Origin: a virus
Lineage: Duplodnaviria > Caudoviricetes
Virus record (IMG/VR): IMGVR_UViG_3300020194_001998
Coordinates: 1 to 27,672 of that record
Strand: one strand, 5' to 3'
Length of the DNA stretch: 27,672 nt
The notes beneath the pieces were generated by a model. That model saw only the letters and a list, made by a program, of their open reading frames with translations. It had not been told where the DNA came from and did not search any database. Shown one piece after another: positions 16,425 through 25,361 of the stretch. Numbering within the stretch: position 1 is the first letter of the stretch; each line of letters begins with the position of its first letter. The translations under genes and the position numbers were made by a program.

Positions 16425-17306
16425 TTACCTACTAAAAATAGCTCTTGGGATTCTTGGCATGGATAACGCAAAGTCTAAAAACCCGATTTTATAATCTTTT
16501 GAGGAGGTGATTTTTTCTCTAGATCTATCTGTTAATTTTGAAGATCTTGATTCGTCTATAAATATTGACTTTGAGCTGTTTCTTGATAAATCTATATATT
16601 TATAAGGATGATTTTTTATATGAGAAAACTCTCCATAAGGAAAATCTTCATAATTAATCAAAGGAAAACTGGTTCGCGCAGAGTCTCTAAATATAGACAA
16701 CACGCCATCTAATGTATAATTTGAATCAGCAACGACCACCGCCCTCATGTAAAATTTCGTACAATCCATACCTCCCATAGCAAAAGGCACATTTTCTGAA
16801 TTCTCTAATGTTATAAACATTGCTGGTACAGTATAAATCTTCTCAGAGAACCCGCCGTTCGTTTGTAGATATGTTTGATTTGTAGGAGAAATAATAAAAT
16901 CGCTATTTAGTATTACGCTTTCTTCTGTATCGTCTGTTATATATAAATTTACTGTTTTGTATGCAAATTCGCCTGTTATATTCAATGTTGTGCTGGCTCC
17001 AAACCTTGCATCTTTGGTGTCTACCAGGACCCTACCACTGTTGTAGTCAATATATATCCCGTCTTTATCATTTATATTTGCTCCTTCGATATTAACAAAA
17101 TCATTGACATTAAACTTATCTGAAGAAGAAACAAATTGTCTATAAGGGCTATAATAACCATTGTAATCAGCGGGAACGTCTAGTGAGTCTACATATTTAA
17201 ATGTATGATTTACTGCAGATTCATAAGCTTCTGCAAAATAAACCAACCTATCTTCACACCAAAGATAAAAACTAGACAATAATTCATGATCAAAAGAGGT
17301 CTTCAT
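16425..17306 (-). CDS. Putative tail terminator/tail completion protein (293 aa)
   Basis: Directly upstream of the tail tube; segment PAMFITLENSENVPFAMGG resembles tail-terminator proteins. Mainly positional. Confidence 0.5.
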   Translation of the reverse strand: MKTSFDHELLSSFYLWCEDRLVYFAEAYESAVNHTFKYVDSLDVPADYNGYYSPYRQFVSSSDKFNVNDFVNIEGANINDKDGIYIDYNSGRVLVDTKDARFGASTTLNITGEFAYKTVNLYITDDTEESVILNSDFIISPTNQTYLQTNGGFSEKIYTVPAMFITLENSENVPFAMGGMDCTKFYMRAVVVADSNYTLDGVLSIFRDSARTSFPLINYEDFPYGEFSHIKNHPYKYIDLSRNSSKSIFIDESRSSKLTDRSREKITSSKDYKIGFLDFALSMPRIPRAIFSR

Positions 17307-17899
17307 TTTATAAAATTTAAAATATTTTTCTTGAAATTGTTAATTATTGATGATAAATATTTCGTATTTCTAAATTGCCCACCTCTTATTTTATTTTCAG
17401 CTTGAATACCTTGTGAAGATCTACTGCTAGAGCTTGGTTTGTTTATATAATTTCCTAAACCAGAAATACCTCTTTCAATTCCTTCTGCCCAGCTCCTACC
17501 TTCTTGCCATGGCATCGGAGAATTTTTAAACAGCTCTTCCTTGTCTGGCACTTCAACTTCAAACTTTAGTGTTATAGATTTCTGGCTTGCTGGTACAGAT
17601 CTAATCGCCAGAGTCTTTTTAATTATTTTTCTAAGTGGATCGATAGGCTTCATTCCACTTTCAAAACCTATGAAAGAAAACAAATTGCCATAACCACCCA
17701 ATGTCCCACTTTGATTTGACCCGTTTGGCCCTGATTCTATTTCTTTAGTCACTGGATGGCTTTCAAATTCCTGCATCATTTCTCTTTGGGCTTTTTGAAC
17801 GCTTTGAATTAAAGATTTCTCAATTTTTTTTCCAACTATAGGTCCAACTTGTTGATTTTCAATATTATTCAAAGCTGTTTTGTTAATTTTTACATTCAT
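17303..17899 (-). CDS. Putative neck/tail completion protein (HK97 gp10-like position, 198 aa)
   Basis: Basic protein with WAEGIERG motif lying between the head-closure and tail-terminator candidates; 4-nt overlap with the next ORF. Confidence 0.5.
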   Translation of the reverse strand: MNVKINKTALNNIENQQVGPIVGKKIEKSLIQSVQKAQREMMQEFESHPVTKEIESGPNGSNQSGTLGGYGNLFSFIGFESGMKPIDPLRKIIKKTLAIRSVPASQKSITLKFEVEVPDKEELFKNSPMPWQEGRSWAEGIERGISGLGNYINKPSSSSRSSQGIQAENKIRGGQFRNTKYLSSIINNFKKNILNFIK

Positions 17900-17900
17900 T

Positions 17901-18347
17901 TTACCCTCTTCTTTTTAGTAATAAATTATAGTATTTCACACTAAACATTCCAGATTTAGCAGCATCAGAATTAACATTAAATAATTCTCCATCAACTTCT
18001 ATATCACTAGCTTGTCTAATAAGATTATAACCCTCTTCGTTTACTTTTATCCTTATATGATCTGAAGGTATATCTATACCTAATATTTCATTTTCTGAAT
18101 TTTGCCTCAAAAACTCGAAATTTCCTGCATATGCTATTCTAGCTTTAAGCTTGATTACTTCTACTACTTTATCTGATCCAGCCTGATTCTTTATTCTTGA
18201 GTATAAAGCGTTATATGTAGAATCGGTTGCTATAAAAATTTTTTTCTCTTTCTTGAAAATAGTTATCTCTCTAGCAAAAGTATCATGGATATCATCAAAT
18301 ATTTTATCATATTTAATTTTATCATTGCTAGGTATTAAATCTGACAT
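17901..18347 (-). CDS. Putative head closure/stopper protein (148 aa)
   Basis: Size, position after the adaptor, and beta-rich C-terminus (DIEVDGELFNV...YYNLLLKR). Confidence 0.55.
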   Translation of the reverse strand: MSDLIPSNDKIKYDKIFDDIHDTFAREITIFKKEKKIFIATDSTYNALYSRIKNQAGSDKVVEVIKLKARIAYAGNFEFLRQNSENEILGIDIPSDHIRIKVNEEGYNLIRQASDIEVDGELFNVNSDAAKSGMFSVKYYNLLLKRRG

Positions 18348-18353
18348 TTTTCA

Positions 18354-20138
18354 TCAAGGGTTTGAGACGTCACAATCTCCAGAGTTTCCAGACCATTGTA
18401 TGTCGCAACTAAAACATGTTGTATCCTGAGAGCACGCACAACATTGATTGCAATCATCTGCGATAACCACGGTATCATTTAGTTTTTTAACAAAATTTTT
18501 ATTAAATTGTGTTTCATTTAAAAATTTATCTCCAGTTCCTCCGCAGCCTGTATTGTCATCAATAAAGAAACTACAATTTTTAGCTTGAGACCCTCCTACT
18601 TTGCGATAACATCTTCCCACATCTACGAAAACTTCAGGAGGGATTTGTCCAGGCCTGAAAGCAATATGCACATTTCCAATGTCTAGAGCTCCACTGCAAA
18701 CTAATCTGTCAATACATCTTGACGGATCAATGTCTCCTTCTTGACAAGGGGTATACTCTACACAAAATCCATAACCACATGGATTAATGGTTTCGGTGGG
18801 AGTAGAATCTGTGCTAAAAAATTGATCTGCTGGATCTGTGCCAGAGTTTACATCTCCATACCTCTTTTTAATAAAAATTGTTTGATCATCAAGATTTCCC
18901 TCGAATTTTACCGTGGCTAAAGAAAATTCTTTTGCTGGGTCTGTATTTCCTACTTTAATGTTTACTGTTTTAAGGTCTACTGATTTTGATACCCCCCCAA
19001 TACAAACAGAGGAATCTTGCATTAGATTTGATATATTTTGAATTAATATTTCTTCTCCAGTTCTTCTATCGCTTTCTACTATATCACTAGTGTTAACGAT
19101 TTCTATTAAATTTTTTACCTCCCCACAACATTCATCAAAGGTTGAAGTATGGGTTATTGTTTGAGTTATCGTTGTAGTTTCCGTTACCGTATCTGTAGCT
19201 GTTGGTGTGATTGTAGCTGTTTCAGTAACTGTAGTGGTTGGTGTGATTGTAGCCGTTTCAGTAACTGTAGCTGTTGGTGTGATTGTAGCCGTTTCAGTAA
19301 CTGTAGTGGTTGGTGTGATTGTAGCCGTTTCAGTAACTGTAGTGGTTGGTGTGATTGTAGCCGTTTCAGTAACTGTAGTGGTTGGTGTGATTGTAGCCGT
19401 TTCAGTAACTGTAGTGGTTGGTGTGATCGTAATCGTTTCAGTAACTGTAGTGGTTGGTGTGATCGTAATCGTTTCAGTAACTGTAGTGGTTGGTGTGATT
19501 CTATAAGTTACTGTCGTGGTTACCTCTGGGGGGCACGAGTTTATTTGCTCATTACAACCATTTGGTTTTTGGCTACAATCAGAATCTCCTGTATACCTAG
19601 CAACAACTTGCCTGGGTAAAGCTTTATGCAAATTATAATACTGAACCATCTCCTGAAGCTTTATGTTGGCATCTTGAGAAATGCCTTTAAATGCTTGAGC
19701 AGCTTGTATTTTTTGCTGAGGTGTGGATATTAAAGATTGCCTTTTTATTGAAGAATCTCCTTCTCGTAATTCCACCCAATCCGTCATAAAGACAGTAGGT
19801 TCTCCAGATGTAGTTTCCGTATAACTCGAACTCACATTTTTTAAAGAGTTGTGAGCTTGTCTCTTATAGTATTCCTTTAAGTACAACTGTATGAAGATAG
19901 CTATCTCTTCTGGATTTATCTGCGGGCAAATATGCTCGCTATGAGTCACTCTATATCCAGAATGAATAAGAATATTGAGCTGCCCAATATTCGTTTCTAA
20001 CCAAGCTTCAATTCTTGATATAAAATTGGCTACGGATTTTTCGTAATTGCTATCTGTTTCGTCGAATTGATCGTAAAACTCAGAATCAAATATTTTTTTT
20101 GCAATTACAGATATTTGACTATTATTGCACTCTGACAT
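18354..20138 (-). CDS. Putative head-tail adaptor fused to a Thr-rich tandem repeat and a Cys-rich domain (594 aa)
   Basis: N-terminal ~180 aa helical with adaptor-like ELREGDSSIKR, then 8+ copies of ITPTTTVTET[AI]T, then ~260 aa containing 18 Cys. Confidence 0.6.
   Translation of the reverse strand: MSECNNSQISVIAKKIFDSEFYDQFDETDSNYEKSVANFISRIEAWLETNIGQLNILIHSGYRVTHSEHICPQINPEEIAIFIQLYLKEYYKRQAHNSLKNVSSSYTETTSGEPTVFMTDWVELREGDSSIKRQSLISTPQQKIQAAQAFKGISQDANIKLQEMVQYYNLHKALPRQVVARYTGDSDCSQKPNGCNEQINSCPPEVTTTVTYRITPTTTVTETITITPTTTVTETITITPTTTVTETATITPTTTVTETATITPTTTVTETATITPTTTVTETATITPTATVTETATITPTTTVTETATITPTATDTVTETTTITQTITHTSTFDECCGEVKNLIEIVNTSDIVESDRRTGEEILIQNISNLMQDSSVCIGGVSKSVDLKTVNIKVGNTDPAKEFSLATVKFEGNLDDQTIFIKKRYGDVNSGTDPADQFFSTDSTPTETINPCGYGFCVEYTPCQEGDIDPSRCIDRLVCSGALDIGNVHIAFRPGQIPPEVFVDVGRCYRKVGGSQAKNCSFFIDDNTGCGGTGDKFLNETQFNKNFVKKLNDTVVIADDCNQCCACSQDTTCFSCDIQWSGNSGDCDVSNP
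19171..19500 (-). repeat. Coding tandem repeat with a 36-nt unit; 8 full copies plus a degenerate ninth
   Basis: gttggtgtgat starts at 19201, 19237, 19273, 19309, 19345, 19381, 19417, 19453 and 19489; unit gttggtgtgattgtagccgtttcagtaactgtagtg. Confidence 0.97.
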
Positions 20139-20164
20139 ATCTTATCCGCATGGTATAGTCAGAT

Positions 20165-20548
20165 TTAACCGTTTACATTAAAAAGTTTTTTTTGATCTTC
20201 GCTTAAATTATTGTAATCGACAATTGGCTTGGAGGTCGAAAATAATCGACCCTTACCACCTCTTTCGTATTTTTCAAATTCTTTCCTTAACTTTTTTCTT
20301 AATATACTTTTGTTTCCAGAGGGGAAAATACCTGCGGCTACCGCCATGCTTTGCATGTCTATAAGATTCATTGCAGCCATTTTTCGTTCAAATTCTTCCT
20401 TAGTTTTAATTTTAAATGGACTATGCAAGGATCCTCTCATGAGATCTTCCAAATCTCTTACTTTTTCGACATCACTTCTTTCTTGAATTTTACCGTCTAC
20501 AAAATTTTCAATTTTTTTTGTTTCTTTCTTTTGGGTTTTTGAGCTCAT
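20165..20548 (-). CDS. Hypothetical protein with a HeH/SAP/Rho_N-like helix-extension-helix (127 aa)
   Basis: MNLIDMQSMAVAAGIFPSGNKSILRKKL pattern; such small proteins often follow capsid genes. Confidence 0.55.
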   Translation of the reverse strand: MSSKTQKKETKKIENFVDGKIQERSDVEKVRDLEDLMRGSLHSPFKIKTKEEFERKMAAMNLIDMQSMAVAAGIFPSGNKSILRKKLRKEFEKYERGGKGRLFSTSKPIVDYNNLSEDQKKLFNVNG

Positions 20549-20564
20549 AGATATATTGTATGGT

Positions 20565-20590
20565 TACACTTTTATATTAATTCTGGGAAT
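20565..20590 (-). promoter_or_regulatory. Putative late promoter ATTCCC-N16-TGTA
   Basis: Begins at the base immediately after the capsid terminator T-run; TGTA is 16 nt before the ATG at 20548. Confidence 0.6.
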
Positions 20591-20621
20591 AAAAAAATCC
20601 ACCGAGTAGGTGGATTTTTTT
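20591..20621 (-). terminator. Intrinsic terminator after the major capsid gene (symmetric, potentially bidirectional)
   Basis: Perfect inverted repeat AAAAAAATCCACC-N5-GGTGGATTTTTTT. Confidence 0.9.
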
Positions 20622-20651
20622 AATTTGGTTATGGTTTGTTTTGTAAAATTA

Positions 20652-21842
20652 TTACACTACAATACCAGTGAGAGCACGTGAATCAAGAACCATTCTTCCT
20701 TCTTCAATCGAGCCATAATAACCAATCTTTTGTTGACGGACTGTGTATTGATCATCAGCTGCCAATCTCAATTCTGCTCCTGTCTCTGAGTCTGTCGCTA
20801 CAGCTCTCATCAAAGACTCTCTGGATCTGTCGATACCAATAATGATCTCGTCTCCAGTAGTAGCATCTTTATTAAACTTTCCGCTGTGTCCGAATTTACT
20901 TGAGGTGTCGTAAGTTGCGAATACATCATTGAATCTCTGGCCCTTACCAAGTTCATGAATCTCGGTGAAGTTGATGCCGTAAAGCTCAGAGGTTCCTGCA
21001 TTTTGATACAATGCATTACGCATTTGCTCGGTTGCGGGGATAACGCCTCCAGCAGAATCATTGCTTACAGTAACAGCAGCGCCGCCACCTACAGTAGCAG
21101 CTGTTCCATCAATCGTACCAGTAAGATTATTTCCAGCAAGACCACGTGTATTGATTGGGTTGTAAGCCATTGCTCGAATTTCACCCATGATTTCAGGAGA
21201 GATCAATAGGTCAGTCACACCACGGTTAGCAGTAACAGGAGTTCCTTTATTCCAAGCTGTATTGATACGCTTAGCATGTGTAATCAAACGATTAACATCA
21301 TCAATAAGAAATCGATTCTCAACACCAGATTTAATAACATGGTCCTTACCATTAGTCTGTGCAGCTGCAAGTACTCCAAGCACAAGGTTAGCAGAAGTTG
21401 TTTCTTGCTTGAGCATGAGCTCTTGAGCCAATCTAGAGAATGTTTTACTCACAACATCAAGTCGTGAGCGAGCGGCATATCGACGATCAAAATCCAAAGC
21501 TGTTTCCAGTCGGTAAGTAGTAAACTTAAGTTCACTATGCGTTGGAATCACAGTGTTGGAAGGAAGACCTCCTGCTACATTTTGTACATATACATTCAAG
21601 TAGTCTTCATCGGTGATGTCATGATAAAGATCTAATGGAATAGAGGGGTTATCATCTTCATTAAAAGAAAAGCTTGTGAACATATTACTCAGCGTAGGGG
21701 CATTGTTAATTACTTCAGCGAGTACTGGAGCAATAAACTCTGCGGCGGCAGCTTGTGCTTCATGCGCAACATTGCGATTCTTCGAAGCCATAGCCTTAAT
21801 GAGCTCGACTTGTTCTTGTGTTCGTTTTAAGGTAATGTTCAT
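20652..21842 (-). CDS. Major capsid protein (HK97-fold expected, 396 aa)
   Basis: Located after protease/scaffold and decoration genes and followed by a strong terminator. Typical size, with a C-terminal IGYYGSIEEGRMVLDSRAL pattern and an AAAGGA RBS. Confidence 0.85.
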   Translation of the reverse strand: MNITLKRTQEQVELIKAMASKNRNVAHEAQAAAAEFIAPVLAEVINNAPTLSNMFTSFSFNEDDNPSIPLDLYHDITDEDYLNVYVQNVAGGLPSNTVIPTHSELKFTTYRLETALDFDRRYAARSRLDVVSKTFSRLAQELMLKQETTSANLVLGVLAAAQTNGKDHVIKSGVENRFLIDDVNRLITHAKRINTAWNKGTPVTANRGVTDLLISPEIMGEIRAMAYNPINTRGLAGNNLTGTIDGTAATVGGGAAVTVSNDSAGGVIPATEQMRNALYQNAGTSELYGINFTEIHELGKGQRFNDVFATYDTSSKFGHSGKFNKDATTGDEIIIGIDRSRESLMRAVATDSETGAELRLAADDQYTVRQQKIGYYGSIEEGRMVLDSRALTGIVV

Positions 21843-21859
21843 AATTTTAAATTCCTTTC

Positions 21860-22531
21860 TTATCCAATTTGTACTAAGGCAACATCTTTGCCAGCATTTC
21901 TTCCTGTGGCAACAACTGTAGCAACAACAACTTTTCCGTTGTCCAGGGTAAGTTTTCCATTACCTGATACCTTCAGCTTGGAACCTGGGACGATTCCGCC
22001 AGACTGGATCCCACTAGCATGCCAAATACCAACAGCTTCGGTTGTTGCTTTACCCACTGTAAGTGTAAAGAATCCTTTAGTAGCTACAGGCACTGCTTCT
22101 CCAGGAAGCACACATTGAAGCTCGTCTTTCTTTACTGGATAGTCCAACAGCTTGGTTGAATTTTCGTCCCATGCGAGAGTTGGCCTGATAGTGATACCGA
22201 GAGCTTCTGCTTCATCAGTTGCTAGATTTAGTTTACCTTGAGTTTCTGGGTAAAAACTTCCCTCAGTCAACGCAAAACCCTGGTTACCCGAACCAATGGC
22301 TCCTAAATACGGATCGTTCGTTCTAGCTGGTTGCTCACCTCCGAATTTTCCAATGTCGGCTGCCCTAACAGATACTGCAGTACCAGACCAGTTGGCTCCA
22401 GTTGAATAGGCTGTTCCGCCAGGAACTAGGTTTATATACTTAGCGGTTTTCTCAGCATTAGTAATAGCAAGGGAAAAAAGATTAATAACATCTTTTTCGT
22501 CATATTGTCTAAATGGTAATAGTTTATGCAT
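21860..22531 (-). CDS. Putative capsid decoration/cement protein (223 aa)
   Basis: Gly/Ala/Val-rich; ALGIT...PGEAVPVATKG...PGSKLKVSGNGKL resembles beta-tulip decoration proteins; lies between scaffold and capsid. Confidence 0.65.
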   Translation of the reverse strand: MHKLLPFRQYDEKDVINLFSLAITNAEKTAKYINLVPGGTAYSTGANWSGTAVSVRAADIGKFGGEQPARTNDPYLGAIGSGNQGFALTEGSFYPETQGKLNLATDEAEALGITIRPTLAWDENSTKLLDYPVKKDELQCVLPGEAVPVATKGFFTLTVGKATTEAVGIWHASGIQSGGIVPGSKLKVSGNGKLTLDNGKVVVATVVATGRNAGKDVALVQIG

Positions 22532-22543
22532 TTTTCGTTTTTG

Positions 22544-23257
22544 TTAAAATTTAATTGTTACAGTTTCTTTAGCAAATGCATTTGCAAACTTTTCCCTAAA
22601 GGATAGTTCTGCAACCGCAGATTCTAAATTATTATTTGTTGAAACCTCGCTCTGTTCTTCTTGAGTATTAGCAAGAGCTTCTTCAACTACAGAAGCATCC
22701 TCAATAACCTCTTCCTTAGAGATTGTTTTTTCTTGAATGCGTTTTGCAATTTCAGCTTCAACTTTCTCATTGAAAAGTTTTTCTTGTTCAGCGATGTGCT
22801 CTTTATTCTTATGAGCCCACATGACTTTCAACTTGTCTTGATATTCGTCAAAATCAGAACCTTCAACAGAAAGACCTTGAACTTCTTTAGCTAGCATTGT
22901 TTTGTCATCTGCAGATAATTCGTATGTTGATTCGATTAGTTCCATTCTTGAATTAAAAGCTTCTTCTTTTTGTTTAGCTTCGATTTGTTGAGCCAACTCT
23001 TGCACTTTTTCTTCGGAAGCTGTCAGCTGACTTTTTAAAGACTCAATGTCTTCTTTCATTTTTGCCTCAACAGCAGCAAGCTCCTCTTTTTGGGAGTTGA
23101 TATCAGAAAGTTCTTTTTCATACTGTTCGCTTTTGGATTTGATAGCATCTCCAATCACGCGTCCGATATTAGCAACTGCTTCTTGAGAGAAATTATGCTC
23201 TGGCATTTTTTCCTCTAAGAGAGACTTAAATTGTTCAATAAGTTCTTGATTTTGCAT
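22544..23257 (-). CDS. Probable nested in-frame scaffold protein starting at M285 (237 aa)
   Basis: In-frame ATG at the start of the coiled-coil half, after an Asn/Lys low-complexity linker that contains a full promoter motif. Confidence 0.55.
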   Translation of the reverse strand: MQNQELIEQFKSLLEEKMPEHNFSQEAVANIGRVIGDAIKSKSEQYEKELSDINSQKEELAAVEAKMKEDIESLKSQLTASEEKVQELAQQIEAKQKEEAFNSRMELIESTYELSADDKTMLAKEVQGLSVEGSDFDEYQDKLKVMWAHKNKEHIAEQEKLFNEKVEAEIAKRIQEKTISKEEVIEDASVVEEALANTQEEQSEVSTNNNLESAVAELSFREKFANAFAKETVTIKF

Positions 23258-24109
23258 ATTTGAAATTTGGTTAATATTGTTATTTACATTATTTTTTTCG
23301 TTTTGGGAAATTTTTTTTATTTCTTTTTTTTTACAGGTTTCATTTTCAGCTTCTATTTCTTCTGTATTTTCAGAGTTATTATTTTTTATAATTAAACCTT
23401 TTACATCTGCAGCGGGATTAGAGGTAAACCCAATTCCAAGAGGATAAACCTCACCAACTACTAACCTAAATACAGGGGTTCCATCTTCTAAAGTTCCATC
23501 ACCATCAAAAGACGATAGGTATTCACTTAGCTCTTCAATCTGTTTTGAATCGGTTATAATTTCTGCATCTTTCAAATCTTGACTGCCAACAGCAATATGA
23601 TATTCATTAAAACCAAGTTCCCAACTCGCAGAAATACTGTGATATAATGTATTAGCTTGATCATTAGATTTAACTAAAAGATCGGCAAACTCAGGAAAAG
23701 AATTTGAATAGACCAATGCTCCTAATGCAATGTTAAATTTTTCAGAAAAATCATCTGGAATATCTTCCAATATCTTATCAGAGTTATATTCTGAATACCC
23801 ACTGGAAATAATATGTCCAACCACCTTTCTTTTATTGTGTTCTATATTGGTGGGCTTATGAATGAAAAAATCTTTTATTTGTTTTGCTGTGGAAGTATTA
23901 ATACCATCCCCATTTTTATTAAAAGAATTTATAACTGCGGCGTTAAATGCAGTTCCTATTAGATCTATGTTTTTTTCAAAATCTATTTCTTCTGGAATTA
24001 AAGATTGTAAATTATCAATAGAAGCTTGACTTGTAAAAGAAGAGCCTGACGAGAAAAAATTATTTATTTTTAAATGGTCGGAAAATTTTGTTTTGTATTT
24101 AAATTTCAT
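22544..24109 (-). CDS. Prohead maturation protease fused to a coiled-coil scaffold (521 aa)
   Basis: KPTNIEH...VVGHI (His), SISASWE (Ser) and GFTSNPA match HK97-type prohead proteases; C-terminal half is an acidic coiled coil. Confidence 0.8.
   Translation of the reverse strand: MKFKYKTKFSDHLKINNFFSSGSSFTSQASIDNLQSLIPEEIDFEKNIDLIGTAFNAAVINSFNKNGDGINTSTAKQIKDFFIHKPTNIEHNKRKVVGHIISSGYSEYNSDKILEDIPDDFSEKFNIALGALVYSNSFPEFADLLVKSNDQANTLYHSISASWELGFNEYHIAVGSQDLKDAEIITDSKQIEELSEYLSSFDGDGTLEDGTPVFRLVVGEVYPLGIGFTSNPAADVKGLIIKNNNSENTEEIEAENETCKKKEIKKISQNEKNNVNNNINQISNMQNQELIEQFKSLLEEKMPEHNFSQEAVANIGRVIGDAIKSKSEQYEKELSDINSQKEELAAVEAKMKEDIESLKSQLTASEEKVQELAQQIEAKQKEEAFNSRMELIESTYELSADDKTMLAKEVQGLSVEGSDFDEYQDKLKVMWAHKNKEHIAEQEKLFNEKVEAEIAKRIQEKTISKEEVIEDASVVEEALANTQEEQSEVSTNNNLESAVAELSFREKFANAFAKETVTIKF
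23285..23310 (-). promoter_or_regulatory. Putative internal late promoter TTTCCC-N16-TGTA
   Basis: Within the protease-scaffold linker, 27 nt upstream of the M285 codon. Confidence 0.6.
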
Positions 24110-24115
24110 TATCTT

Positions 24116-25171
24116 CTACAAATTACACCGATTTTTAAAAAAATTATAATCACTATCGAACATTTTTTTTACAAGCTGTTCGAAATTAACCTTACGCTCC
24201 CACTTCAATTCATCTTCAGCCCTTTTAGGGTTACCGCATAAAAGTTTAACTTCGGCATGTCTATAAAACATTGGATTTATTGAAACTATCAATTTTCCAC
24301 TTTTTGTAAGATATCTTTCATCTAAACCTTCTCCTTCTTTCTTATATTGTAATCCAGCGTGGTTCAATGTTGATTCTAAAAATTTTCTTATAGAGTAAGT
24401 TTTACCGCTGGCAAGTACGTATTCTTTTGGCTGGTCATTTTTTTGATTTAACATCAACCAAACTCCAGACATAAAATCCACCGAATCAGTCCAGTCTCTT
24501 AATGCATCTAGGTTACCTAGTTCTACAGGAGTTGGCTCTTCTCCTTCCTCCAAGTCGTATACATATTTTGCAATGTTTTTGCTTATTTTTCTTGTTACAA
24601 ATTCTGTGCCTCTTCGGTCGCCTTCGTGGTTAAATAACCAACCTTGAATTGCATATAAATCATAAGATTCTCTATATACCCTTACAATATGCCTAGCCGC
24701 ACACTTCGACGCTCCATATGGAGATTGAGGTCTCAAGGGGTGATTTTCATCTTGCATATCTTCGATAACGTCCCCAAACTCCTCTGACGACCCAGCGTTG
24801 TAAAACCTACATTTAGGAGCGAATAACCTTATTGACTCTAGTATATGAATCACGCTTTCGGCATTATCACTAAATGTCTGAACTGGAAAGTCCCAACTTG
24901 ACTGAACAAACGATTGTGCGGCAAAATTTATAAAGTAATCTGGTTTTATGTTTTCAACAGCGTTTCTTATACTATAAGGATCACTTAAATCGAAATTAAC
25001 TAACTCTATTTTAGGGTTGTCTTTAAGGTGTCTTATATTTTTATAGTTCTTAACACTTATCCTTCTGATCCCTCCATATATTTTAACATCATGATTACCA
25101 AGTAGATAATCACACATATTACTGCCGTCTTGACCAGTTATCCCTGTAATAAAAACTTTTTTAGGTTCCAT
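24116..25171 (-). CDS. gmd: GDP-mannose 4,6-dehydratase
   Basis: ITGITGQDGS Rossmann motif, AAQSFV, SSEEFG, SPYGASK (YxxxK), LFNHE, FVTRKI and GNLDALRDW. Confidence 0.95.
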   Translation of the reverse strand: MEPKKVFITGITGQDGSNMCDYLLGNHDVKIYGGIRRISVKNYKNIRHLKDNPKIELVNFDLSDPYSIRNAVENIKPDYFINFAAQSFVQSSWDFPVQTFSDNAESVIHILESIRLFAPKCRFYNAGSSEEFGDVIEDMQDENHPLRPQSPYGASKCAARHIVRVYRESYDLYAIQGWLFNHEGDRRGTEFVTRKISKNIAKYVYDLEEGEEPTPVELGNLDALRDWTDSVDFMSGVWLMLNQKNDQPKEYVLASGKTYSIRKFLESTLNHAGLQYKKEGEGLDERYLTKSGKLIVSINPMFYRHAEVKLLCGNPKRAEDELKWERKVNFEQLVKKMFDSDYNFFKNRCNL

Positions 25172-25177
25172 TTTGAT

Positions 25178-25324
25178 CTATTTTTTATTTTTTGATTTTT
25201 CAGCTTTATTTTCTTCTTCTGCCCGTGACTCCATGAGTATCTCTTCAGAATTCCCGCAGTCTTTGCAGAATAAATCTTTTTCGTTTATTAAACTTGACAG
25301 GTCAACAGTAATGTAGTTTTTCAT
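25178..25324 (-). CDS. Small hypothetical protein (48 aa, single CxxC); start revised from 25414 to 25324
   Basis: MKNYITVDL...CKDC...; this ATG avoids the 68-nt overlap with the portal and lies 11 nt after a promoter motif. Confidence 0.5.
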   Translation of the reverse strand: MKNYITVDLSSLINEKDLFCKDCGNSEEILMESRAEEENKAEKSKNKK

Positions 25325-25335
25325 TACATGTTTTG

Positions 25336-25361
25336 TACACAATAAACTATCGACTGTGATA
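25336..25361 (-). promoter_or_regulatory. Putative late promoter TATCAC-N16-TGTA spanning the portal stop codon
   Basis: Same spacing as four other copies; lies upstream of the small ORF and gmd. Confidence 0.55.

Noticed and set aside
15085-17899. Contractile tail, tailocin or gene transfer agent interpretation
   Set aside because: No sheath gene is recognisable, a full head-packaging set is present, and the gene sizes fit a large phage.
19171-19500. 36-nt repeat array resembling CRISPR repeat length
   Set aside because: Units are head-to-tail with no unique spacers, are in frame within a CDS, and no cas genes are present.
19149-19619. Plus-strand Cys-rich (156 aa) and Val-rich (99 aa) repeat ORFs
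   Set aside because: They are antisense shadows of the Thr-rich coding repeat, with no independent expression signals.
20174-20199. TGTAAA upstream of the adaptor gene as another promoter copy
   Set aside because: There is no matching upstream element at the 16-nt spacing, so it may be chance in AT-rich coding sequence.
2282-22894. Numerous short plus-strand ORFs and the minus-strand 83-aa ORF at 20810-21061
   Set aside because: All overlap long, well-supported minus-strand genes and have shadow-frame composition.
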